A stretch of DNA of 64,000 nt from Tubulanus polymorphus (taxonomy: Eukaryota > Animalia > Nemertea): NCBI RefSeq assembly GCF_964204645.1, contig NC_134026.1, positions 6,223,950-6,287,949 of the forward strand, written 5' to 3'. Made by a program: the position numbers and the translations under genes. The notes below the pieces were generated by a model, which did no database searches, was not told the DNA's origin, and was given only the letters and a program-made list of their open reading frames with translations. Shown in pieces: positions 41,006 through 54,525 of this stretch; the first letter of the stretch is position 1, and every line of letters begins with the position of its first letter.

Positions 41006-41346
41006 TGTGTGTAAATAGTATGTTGTAAATAACGTTTGTTATGTTTCAAAGTGTTTTTATCTACTGTTTTTGTAAATAATTGTAAATACTGTTTCTTTTC
41101 CTCCATATACCATGGAAATGGTTGGAGTGTAATAAATATTCGTATTCGTATTCGTATTCGTATTCGTATTCGTATTCGTAGTCAGAACTGAAGAGAACCG
41201 CAGCACCGACAGAACAACGAAAAGCATTTTGAAAAATTCATTAATGATTCATAAAATTATTTATATTTTCGAAATATTAGAACACAATAAAACATTAAAT
41301 ACGGATCAGCAGTGTTTACATCAAAATTAAGTCATAAGTTCATATC

Positions 41347-42835
<1,489 letters not shown>

Positions 42836-43063
42836 CACTTATGTTGTGACATTACCGATGAAACTTCAATCACTAAAACTAAAAGGGGTAGGTTTATCAA
42901 ATTCTTCAGTTTCAAAGCATCAAAAGATCCAAAACCCAGAAGTAAAACGGATACGCTCCACTCGAGATTCTTACGTCTAAACAATAAAACACGGCGCATA
43001 ATCTCGCATGCCAGTGTGTGCTCGAACCCATAAATCCATTACCGGGCTTTACTTACAACCTTA

Positions 43064-43094
43064 GTTACTTAGCAACAATAACAAGATGGCTGCC
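43064..43094. promoter_or_regulatory. RFX X-box plus YY1-like motif in the ASPDH/CCDC65 divergent promoter
   Basis: GTTACTTAGCAAC (43064-43076) fits the X-box consensus, followed by AAGATGGC. It lies about 420 bp upstream of a motile-cilia gene. Confidence 0.6.
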
Positions 43095-43492
43095 TTTGCT
43101 TAGAGTAGAAAATTTGTATTTTGTCTCCGATCTGTAAATCTAAAGGTAAATATCGTGACGTTGCGCTTGTAAATGAGTCGATTATTGCTTAAATCTGTAA
43201 AATAAATGCCCACAGCAACAGAAAAAGAAAGAAACATACCTTCTTTTGCTTGTTTTGGTATTTTCTTGTTAGTTTTGGTCAATCAACAACAAAAAAATGT
43301 CAACGACCTGGTAGTCAGTGTCTGTCGACAAAGACAACGTCCGACAAAACGTCAACAACGTTTTTGTTGAATTTGTAGTTGTTGTTGTTAGCTGTGTACC
43401 CTCTCCCTACCTTTATAGTCTCTCTAGTCTTATAGTATTTTTTATGAAATTATAACACTTTCTTCCTGACATAGAAAACCGCAAAGCCGAAA

Positions 43493-46400
43493 ATGCCGAA
43501 AAAGAAGAAGAAGAGTGCGAAACTGTCTAAAATGACGGAAGAAGAGCGAATCCTGTATCTGGAACAGCAGAGAATTGCTGAGGAAGAAATGAAGAAAAAG
43601 AAGGAGGATATGTTGACCCAGTTTCTGAAGGTAAAAGAAATCATTTGTAAAGTTTTGATTAAGAACTTGTGGTTTTATGATTACAAGCCGGACTTGTGCT
43701 CACATTTAATTGTTCGCTGTTTTTTGATAGGATAAACTCGTGAAAGAAGAAAGAGCCACGAAATTCAACCTGAACAAATTGAATCATCAATGGAGGAATA
43801 TAATGAGAGAAGCGAAATCGAAAGAGCTTAAAAAAGACATTGAAATAATGAGTCAAACGTTTGAAAGAGTTGTCGATCGTAAAGAAAGCGTTATTAAATC
43901 ATTAGCTAAAGATCTAATGGAAGCTGAAGAGCAGTATAGTATGGCTTTACGCAGTCATCTACAGAATGTTGATAACCTGGTTGGTAAGTATTGCTTATTC
44001 AACAGCTTATCCTCTGTCTGGACTCCACAGTTAGGCCTTATTACGTTTGACTGAGTTTGGAATATTTTTACTTAATTCCGACTTCGAACTCGATCCAGAT
44101 TATTTGGGGCCATAACATCGTTTTCTCTATGGATATATTGGTGTAAATCTGTAGCCTGGAACCCTGCACCCTCTCAGACATCAGACATCTATCAGTGTTT
44201 TTGAAAATGTGCAGATAAAATGTCTGGTGTTTGTAGTTCATTTTCAATTAGAAATATCTTGTTTGAAGTTCTGAATACATTAAGTGAAGGACAATAAAAA
44301 ATGGTAGAATGGTGATAAAGTATTGGATGTCTTGTTCTCTCTAGATTGAGATATGCTGGTCCTAGCAGCAGATTGATACCTGTTTTATTAGAGGCATTTT
44401 GGACAGGAGAAATGGTTGGACATTTTTGTTTGTTTGTTGAATTGAATAAAAACAATTTTCGTAAATGCTGATTTTACAGATTTACAGACACAACGTCTGG
44501 GAACTTTACGCGGTGAATTCACCGGTGAATTACAGACATTGAAAAAAGAATTCGATTCCGAGCGGTTGCTGATCGTCGATCAACACAATAAAGAGATCAC
44601 CGATTTACAAGACATCATGTTCGCGATGGAGCAAAATTTCACCGAACGAGAAAATGAGGCGAAATCCGACTTTCAAAGTCTTCGAGATGAAATCAAAAAT
44701 AAGGTCGGTGCAAACGTTTGAACTTGATTGACTTGAAAGTTTGATTCTGTGGTGATAGATATTCCCATTGACCCAGGACCCAGTTGCATGGTTTTGAGTT
44801 GAATTTAAAATCACTTGATTTTCGATTGATGATAATTTATTCAGCCTAGTAAACTCCATATAGAATATGCTCATTGGCTTTAAATCATGTATGAAAAGAG
44901 AAAACTAAAACAGGTTTAATTAAAAGCTTTGATGAAGAAATGGGATTTGAGCTTAGATTTAAAAAAAACATTAAAGGACTAGATTTGATTAGGTTACTTA
45001 TTCGGTAGTCATTAGTTAATTCTACACAGTGAAATATGTACTAACTACAGCAGAACAGGCTTCACTTAAAATCTTTGCCTCCTTCAATTGAAGAGAAAGT
45101 GGAAATCATTGTTATTGTTAATCGAAAATGTTGTATTCATTTGCTTGATATTTTCTATAGAATCTTGAGGAGAAACACGCGTTAAGGGTTCAGTTAGAGA
45201 CAGCTGTTGAGGATCTGTGGCAAGCGTTTCAGGCGGCGCTGAAAAACTATAATGAAACGACCGAGGAACGTAAAAACGCGTTCGAAGCTCTGAAAGCGAG
45301 GGACGAGAAAAGTGCGGAAGAAATCGAAACCCAAATGAGAAAATTACAGAGAATTTCTGTAAGTAGCGATCTATCATATGACGGTTGATTGTAGGAAATG
45401 AAAAATTATTGAACCTGTGTTTTGTACTGTGTCTTATTTCAGGATCAGATCGGGCAGCTAAAATCTAAAATGGGACAAAATACTAAAGAATGCGAAGAAC
45501 GCAATAAGAATTTGAAAGAGGTGAGATATCGATATGAAACTGCAATGAAAAAACCAAATAGATCTTAAGAAAATATCAAAAACTCTGAATTTTCAGCAAA
45601 TGAAGGATCATTCTTTGAAAATGGTTTTTAGTTGAAAACCATAAAATATGGTGTTCTTGATAAGTTTTTCTGTGTTTTCAACTTAAGTCAATATCTATGA
45701 AACATTGCAAATCTCTACTTTCTCAGTTTGTAATGATTGTTTGTTTTACAGGAGAGAGAAGTGATGGTCGCTCATTTCCAGGAATTAAAAGGACAAATGA
45801 ATAAATTACGAGACGGAGAACGTGAACGACTGACAAAACTGACTCTCGAAAGTAACTCGGCGATCAAAGAATTGAAACGGGTTTCGGAAAAGGTTAATTA
45901 TTCACAATTCACTGTAGAAAATGAGCTGATTTTTGAGTGTAGAATTTAAGAATTTAGTGAACCAGTGCCACAAAACCAGATAGAGATAACTTGATAGTTC
46001 ATTTCAAATACTCCAACCCTAGTAAAATCTATACCAAGAACTTCGAAACCAGCTCCTCATTCTCAAAGTTGAAACCAGCTCCTGATTCTCAAAGTTAAAT
46101 ATTTGAAAATGAGCTCATGAAAAAAATTGATGATAATGAACTACTGTTGAAATGTACGTTTTTATCTATAACCACTTAATTGTTCAATGTGTTTTTTACA
46201 GGGTGAACGGATATTGAAATTAGCAGAAATGTGTCGTCGATTAGAAACTGAAGAAGAGAAAGTTCTGCCGTTTTACGCTACGTCTCTGACTCAAGAGGAG
46301 CAAGACGACGTCAGCGCTGCCGTAAAAGAAGCGCCATCCGAACCACTTGCAGAGGTAAAATATCAAATACAACCCGTTGGTTGCGCAGTTCTCTGTCATT

Positions 46401-47896
46401 TTGACTGTAGAGTTAAAATAAGTTTCATACTGAAGAGTCAAATCTTAAAAAACTGCAAACGAACCCCCGGATCCAGTTCCACATTTATGAGTTAAGATTT
46501 TGCTCCGAGTTAAAATATTGAAAATGAATTAATTTTAACTCCAGGTTGTTAGGTCAGGACCCAGTTCCATAGTTCAGAACACCGAGTTCCATAGTCAAAA
46601 TTAGCTTCAGATTTGTCTCGGGGTTGAAAAAGCTGAACTCAAAAAAATCTAACCACAAACTGAATCCTGAACTGAAACTGTCTGAGGTAGATAGTATATA
46701 ATGTATTATGAATGTTTATTTAGGTGATGCATGAATACGAATCGTTGGAGAATTTCTGGAAACGTTACAACAAAGTCTTACTGGATAAAGTTGCCCTGTC
46801 TCGTGAGAAGACTAGTTTACTGAGTGAAAATCAACAGTTGAGAACATTACTGAAACAATACCTCGACGGAATATCAGTGAACGACGAAATATTGAATCAA
46901 ACCAATCCTTTGTTCGTGATCAATCATAAAACTAATGTCCAGTAAGTATTCTTATTATCTTATCATCAAAGTGAAAAAAATACCTTTCATTTTGGGCGGC
47001 CACTTACCTGGAAATCAGGGAAATTTCTTTTTAAAAGATTCAGGGAATTTTTGTAAAAAAAAAGCTTAAAATCTGCGAAAAATTCTGGAAAATTAGTTTA
47101 GATTGCTAGGTCTGGCGTAAAATCAAACAGTTTCCACCTATGTTTTACATTTTGGACTGTGTTAATTGATTGGATTCTTAGCTGAGCAGAATAGATCAGC
47201 GGAACACATCGTGCATGTCAGGGAATAGTCCGGGAAAAAGCAAGTCAAAAGTGGCCACCCTGACGCATCCATGGGAAGAGCAGTCAGAAATCCTCTCAAT
47301 TGAAAATCAGCACAATTTAGGATGCATACATTGTGTACACCCCCTTATTTTGAGTGAAAATCTTTTCCTTTTAACAGGAAATGTTTTGTCACTTTTCGAA
47401 GCAACGATTCCTTAGAAATTAATGGAATATTTTCATGATTTTAATCCTGCGGACTAGAGTCCAAAGAATATGCTGATGGGATGACCTCCGGTGAAAAAAA
47501 GAAACTTCGATAAAAATGATTGATAATAAGTTATTAGTCTCGTTGTAGCTATTATACGGGGGGGGGGGGGAAATGTATTCAACCTGTTTTATAATTATCA
47601 GATCAACAGATTTTATATAGTTCAGCTTCAGACACTCAAACCAGTAGATTATATGTAATTATCTGAGGCAATTATGCATCAGCGTTAATTAGTGTTAATA
47701 TTAACACTAATTAATCCTTTCACAGAAATCAGGATATGTCTGATCGTATACAGTTATGATTTAGTTCGCTGAGGTATTTTTTTGTGCGGTATTTTTCAGG
47801 TTGAACGTACCAGTGGTCGATCCCCGAGTTCAGCGTCCAGCTAAAACTGTAGTGGAAGCAGCTCACGTTGTGAAGCATATCGCCGTTCCTAACTGA
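43493..47896 (+). CDS. CCDC65: Dynein regulatory complex subunit 2; exons 43493-43630, 43731-43983, 44480-44703, 45161-45358, 45443-45520, 45752-45892, 46202-46354, 46724-46941, 47800-47896
   Basis: [116 protein letters not shown]: characteristic of DRC2. Confidence 0.94.
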
Positions 47897-48578
47897 GAGA
47901 AATCAACTCGAAATCATCTACAATTCATGCGTTCAGTGCCGAGACAATTCTCTCTTTGTCTTAATCGAAAATATCTGTGATAAAAACAGAATAAGAACTG
48001 AGTTTTTAAAATGATTTAATTCATGTGTGGATAATAATGATGTTATTAGTTGTAAATAGAATTTTATTAATTTATATCGATAACTTCATTTTCTTGTCTA
48101 CTTATATCGATCATATCGTTTTACTACATTATCGAAGAACAGGTTCCCCGTCCAATAAGTGCTGTCCGTACTTATGATAGAAAATCGTACAGTCTTTATT
48201 AAACATTGCCACTTAAATGATTTTACGCGAAAATTAAATCTATTCGTAAAGAACTAATTTTTTCAAAGGTCGATATACTCCGTTTATGTGTCTATGAAAT
48301 ATATTTATTTGTGAAAAAAAAGAAGTCGTTTTATTTTTCTCCCTTCTTATCTGTCTAAATACAAGGAGCACTTTGTACACTATTGGATAAGAGTTCTGCG
48401 TAGTTCACATTTATGCTACTAGAGGAGCTGTAGTAGTGTATGGTGGGATAGACTACCCACACTGACACACGGTAGTGTGAATCCAGGAAGGCTAACAGTA
48501 TGTACGGCTCCGTGTTTATTTCCTGGAAACTAAATGGATATTGCGATATAGGATAATCTCAACTGGTGTTAATTGACC

Positions 48579-48648
48579 ATGGACGATCGGTTATTAGTAA
48601 CTGTCATCTTTATACAAGCTGTTATTCTTCTTTTGAAAACCGTTGACG
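48579..48648 (+). CDS. First coding exon (signal peptide) of an unidentified secreted or membrane protein; intron probably extends beyond the window
   Basis: accATGg context, MDDRLLVTVIFIQAVILLLKTVD plus G|GTAAGT (perfect donor, phase 1). No convincing downstream exon found. Confidence 0.6.
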
Positions 48649-51600
48649 GTAAGTATTCACTCGACCGTGTTCACAGACACGCGCCTAATTGTCTCATCTC
48701 CGACTCTCTTCCCGATACCTTTCTACTCGATACTAATTCAGTTTTTATTAGGTTTTTGAAAACGAATTGAGTTGTCTTACGTAATTTAGATACATGTTTT
48801 ATTGTTTATCTACGTAAGCAGCCCTTTTTTCTATTTACTGATTAGGTTAGGCCCTACCTGCCATCTGGGAATATACTGTGATTACATTAATTATTTAAGG
48901 TTTTTCACTGAATATAGGATATTCATATCGATATTCTTGTATATTGAGGCTTTAATTTAGTTCACTAAGCTCCTGTTTGATTCTTCAGTTACCGTACAAG
49001 AGCTGTCCTATTTCATTTATCAGTTTACCCTGGTACCTAGAATCTGGGAATATGATGATAATGTCATTGTATCAATGAATGTCAGATATCAACAGGCTTA
49101 AATTCAGTTCACTGGATGGACCTCCTGTGAGAAGATAAAGCTTTTATGAATTGAGGAGATAACATTTAAGAATGCAGCACTCAATATTATCCCCAATACA
49201 CTCATGTGAACTACTCAGATTCATTGATGTTTGGGACAATTTCAGTGATAAATGACAAGAAAACAAGATCAAATCTTCAGCTAACATTCATTCCATCAAC
49301 AAACAAACATGCATTTTTAATATAGAATAGTCTTTCATGTGTGGTTATATTTAGATTGTGCAGGATGGTCTGGAATACGCCAACATTTTCAAATCTAATT
49401 TCATCTAGCTGTTCATTACATTTGCGCGGTGATTTGATTTTTGACGAAATGAGATTTTGTAATTTTACTGTAAGGAAGAACTGCATAACTATCGGATTAG
49501 AAACAAATCCCACTGGATCTAGGAAGGCTTAATCTTGTCTATTTATGAAGACAATTTGATCATGAAGGTCTTTGACGTTAATCCATGATTGAAATCCCCT
49601 CACTGTAACTATGTTCAATAGAAATTGCATTCTTTTGAGGCCAAGAGTGTGATGTCTTGAACGTTTTGGCACTGAATGGGTGTTTTGTACAGAAAGGTCT
49701 GTAGTGAATTGAAGATATTGTCCTCATCTGCCGGTGACCTGCGTACAACCTCCGTAAACTGTCAAAGCTACCTTCTTAATCTTCATTCCTATCAATAGAT
49801 ACATCGCACACAAGTAGGCCTAGACTGCCAACCACTTCACAATCACAATAACAACTCCAGAAAAGGATTCTATCATTTTTTGGTACCAGACATAGGTCTA
49901 TCTTTATCCACAAGGCTAAAACAATGATACCTTTTTTTTCCTTATCGGCCGGATCGTTTTGTTGTAATCAGTTCATTTCTATAAATGCTGCGTCTGTTAT
50001 GGTAAAATTTATCATGATATCATGATTTGAAAATAAAAGTAATGTACAGGGTAGATAGGCAGGCGACCGGATCAACTTTTAAGCTAAGCAGTAGGGAGGA
50101 ACAACGTGTCATCTTTTTTAGCCTAAATTATCTTCATTCTCGATCAAATCATAGTATTTCTTGATTGTTTTTATCAGTTTCCGAATATAGACTTTCTAAA
50201 AATCTTGACCATTACAGAATTCCGATACCATCATCAACAATACATGAAGATAATAAATACATAATGTATTTTTGATACCATGTACATATGTGCTTGTCAA
50301 AGACAGATGGCTTCTGTGTTGAAGCTATGATCTAATTTTGATATGTTTAACTATGACTGTACAAATTTACCCGTTGTTTAACGCTGTCATTTTAATGGAC
50401 TTTCAAAAATACAAGACTGTCAAACATTCATATTGTAGCTAAATGGTTTTTTGTATACACGCACTTATAAGCTGTTGGTGACTGATTTGAACATTGTCGA
50501 GCATTCCTCGAGCTCTGTATGCGCCATTGAATTCTTTCGCAAGACGGGCAAAATATCCATTGAAATCCGTCCGATTGAAATAGATATAATGGTTTCGCAT
50601 ACTGAGAAAAAACAGCGTGTGGGTTTGAAGTTTGTTTCCATATCAAAAATGTATATGTAATGTAGAAGTGTCTATTCGGACTGTATTATTTCATGCCTTT
50701 CTCGTCCGAACCTGTTTGCGACTTTTTATTATTGCATAAGAAACGGTGTAATGTTTCGGTGACTGATCATCAATCATTCTTTTCACTGAAACGATCAAAA
50801 TCATTCAATAAATCAACCGGGGGTTTCTATACTCTCATTGATGGATACACATTCTCCAAACGCAGAAACAACTCGCATTTGCATCTGCTGGCGGTGCGGG
50901 CGCGCGGTTAAATGAATTGTAAAATTCTGAAAGCCTTCTCAGGGTGAAGATACTAACAATGAAATGGAGTATTAATAATTTAGCTTCGGAGACCACTCGC
51001 TCATCAATCAAACCTACAGATAAAGATGGAATGTAGAATTTTTCCGGGCGGTAAATGTGGATTCGTTCTATCCATGCAGATGGTTGGCGTTATCTAATGT
51101 TTGATGCGAGGGAGGGGTATACGCGGGGGCAACTTCTCTACGTGTATTTAACACACTCAAACGCGCTCGAACGCGGAACAAGAAAAAAAACGCATTCATC
51201 AATACAATCCTCCTGTATATAACAGTCTCTTTCCCTCTTCAATTCCCTGTTTGTTAATTCAATGAAAACCTCGATAACTGCTGCTATTTTATTTGCTCCT
51301 TTACTTTTATCTATGCTGCATGATAAGCAGTTTTACTGTTCGGTGTATATTTACCCAACCGCAGGATTGTTGATCGACCACTGGGATCGGTATTTCATTA
51401 CTGCTGACGAATTTCGTATCAAAAATGAATGCGTTTACGTCTGCCAAAATATCGGCGCGTAATTTTCGAACTCTTAACCTCGTATACATTAGAAGAAAAA
51501 AAAAACGTGCAACTACGAAAAGACTTTTCAGCCCGGTCATGCTAAGGGTGGTGGTGAAAGGTTGAAATGTCACCCGTTTGCGTACGAGGGCCATAAAACT

Positions 51601-54467
51601 TTGACTAGTCTTTTGTATTCAGTTGATATCATTAATACGGGGTAGCCTAGCGTAAAATTACCGTCCGTGAAATAAAACTAATCCGTACAGTTATCCCCCT
51701 TTGGCTGTAGGACACATGGTTTTTGCCCTGTTTAATATTCCGAAAGAAACACTTGAAAAACCTTTAGTACGCGATATCGCGATCGGTGCCCCTCGTGTTT
51801 TGAATTTTGAAGACCATTCATAAAGATTGCGAAATATTCCGAATGTTTTAATGATTTATGTGTCTATTCTTTTTGTATTGCGAGTTTTTCTATGAAGAGC
51901 TATAATTCGTCTATATAACTCTACCTGAGCGTCTTCAATAGGTTTATAGAGTTGTAGATCTTCAATGAAGATATCGACGCGACTGAAAGATGAAGCGATA
52001 ATCCAGTGGCTATAGAATTATGCGGCCTATCGTATGCCGGACCACGTTTACTGATATTTAAACGCACCTGTTGATTTCTGCTCCTACATCTTGTAACAAA
52101 TCGAATGTAACGGTTGTAAGCAAGGTCAGAAATTTGTTCGCACCTGATTTCACTAATTAATGAACAACATCTGATGAATTTAACCCCATGTTCACCGGTT
52201 TGCTGTTTTAGCGGTTTTTTCCAACCACCAGATCGGAGCAGCTCTGCAGTGGTGGATTCATAGCCCAGACATGTGTTTTATTCAACGCAGATGTCTGAAT
52301 GTAGTACAATACTTTTCAAACAACAAGTGATGAAACAGATTAAACAATGGATCAGATTCGATAAGTGATTGATCTTTAGATTCTCCTAGGGTAGGGATTA
52401 GGGAAATGCGGTTACTATTCAACGAAATAGAAATGAATTTTGTCACGTATTGTCTCAAATAGCTGGAGATAGTTAGAAAACATCTATTGCGAAAGATCTG
52501 AAAACGTTCGTTTGATCTTAGTTTGATTTGCGAGTTTTATAGATCCGTGCATTGATTGTTTCTGTTCCATTAAACTGATGAATGTGGATTTTCTGCTTCA
52601 TTTGTTTGAATGATTGATTCATTTGTCAATTTTTGAATCTTTATGTTCTGGTGGAAAAAAAAAACAAATATAACTTCCCTGAAAATGAATGATTTGGAAA
52701 TGATATTTCTGTCAGAATTAGATATTTAAAAAAACCAATTGCGTGTTTTGCGTATTTTTTAGCCCGATGTAAGGGTGGTCTCCAATTCTAATTTCTCTCA
52801 TTGATTCAGTACAAAAAGGTCTCAGTTTTAAAGCCCTTATAGAGGAGACTGTTTTTTAAATCGTTTTCATGTCGGTCGCTGTTTTAACGCAGAAAAAAAT
52901 ACAAAAAGTTTTTTAAAAAGCTACTGACTTTGGTATATACGTCTCGTTAGGAAGTTTTTAACGACCGTAAATGCTGTAATAACTTGCTGGTATTTAATGT
53001 ATAAAGTCGCGAAGAAACGTTCAGATTCGGTCTCTCGCGAGGGAGATATTCGCTTCTCTAATCGAACGTAATTATCGTTAGGAGAGGCTTCCCGTGCCGA
53101 GGTTTAGTAAACATATGTTTGCCACGGGATTCTAGTTACATAACCCTGAAACTACCCCCAGAGATCGCGGGCAGATAAAATTACAGACTGCAATGAAAAT
53201 AACAATCGGCACGATTGTTTTATTATCGCAGAGACTGCCGCGAAACAATTCCTTATAGTCTTCATCATTTCTTCATCAAGTTACTGGATGTTCGTAATGT
53301 GAAAAGTTTGTAGTTGAATCGTGTTTTGACGTGCTGAACTAAGAGCTGCTGTCATCTATGAATATAAAAAACCTTTCGGAATGTTAAAGGTCCAACCACT
53401 CAAGAGATAGAAAATATGTTAAACGATTCTAAAAGGTCTTCATCATTTTCTAGCAATTTTCTACTAAGTTTTGACGTGAGAAGAAGTTCATTACTGAAAC
53501 GTAATCAAGATCTACGGTTATCCGTGAATATAAAAACCTTCGAGATTGATGAAGGTTCATCCATTCTGCGGATGGAAGTAAAGTACCTCGGAGATTGATT
53601 CTAGACAATACTTCGCTCACCTTCTATTACACTTACCCCTGCACTGATCACAACCGATCGCAATGACGATCATTCTCTGGAAAATTATCGAATTACGGTC
53701 GAAGATTTTGTCTCGTTCGGCAATCGATTTACGACCGGTTCTATGGATTTCACAGATAGTCAGTCAGTCAGTGAGCGAGGGGCGAGATGTGATTTGTGTT
53801 ATGTAGACATGTTTGTGATAGTCGTAATGAAATCAAACACTGATCTAGTTATCTCTCTCTCTCTCCCCCTTCTCTTCTCTCTCTCCTCTCCATCTCTCTC
53901 CTCTCTTCTCTCTCCCTCGTGATGCGACATTTCTGATTTATCCTTGATGTGTGATAATCTTTTCGTCTTGATCTACTCCTGTATGACCGCGCTATAGGAG
54001 GACGACTTGATGTTTTTGTGATCTGTTATAGTTTCACGATGCGATCGACAAATATTGAACGCTTCGATAATTAGCGACGAGGAAACCTAATTAACTTCTG
54101 TCAAGGCCGGAATTGACCTCGTTACTGGACACAAGAGTATCTCGTTATCACTTACGATTGTATTGAGCTTCTTACAAGCGTCACACCATCGTAGGAGGTG
54201 ATACTGAGCCCAGGAGATACTGTTAGTATGATATACCCTGTAAATCTGTGTCAGGTTATGTCTAGTTAATTCGACCCATTATTTTGGGGTACGCATCACT
54301 CGGGCTTTACGTGCCTTTATCTCCTAGGCCATGTTGAGTTGATTCTAAGATTCAAGACTGGTGTAATCTGACTTCAAGTAGACAGACAATTTTTTGACTT
54401 AACGATTGCGCCGTTAAGACTTGTTTCAGTTTGACCCTCTGTCGATGAGGCTATATTTAGGACGTAT

Positions 54468-54525
<58 letters not shown>

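Larger units (their letters stand above)
35921..41178 (+). mobile_element. Apparently full-length, intact non-LTR retrotransposon (probably RTE-X clade) with 101-bp TSD and (TATTCG)7 tail
   Basis: Two uninterrupted ORFs, AATAAA at 41131, hexamer tail 41137-41178, identical flanks at 35820-35920 and 41179-41279. The clade call is inferred from the long TSD, repeat tail and C-terminal C-x2-C...H-x4-C motif. Confidence 0.92.
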
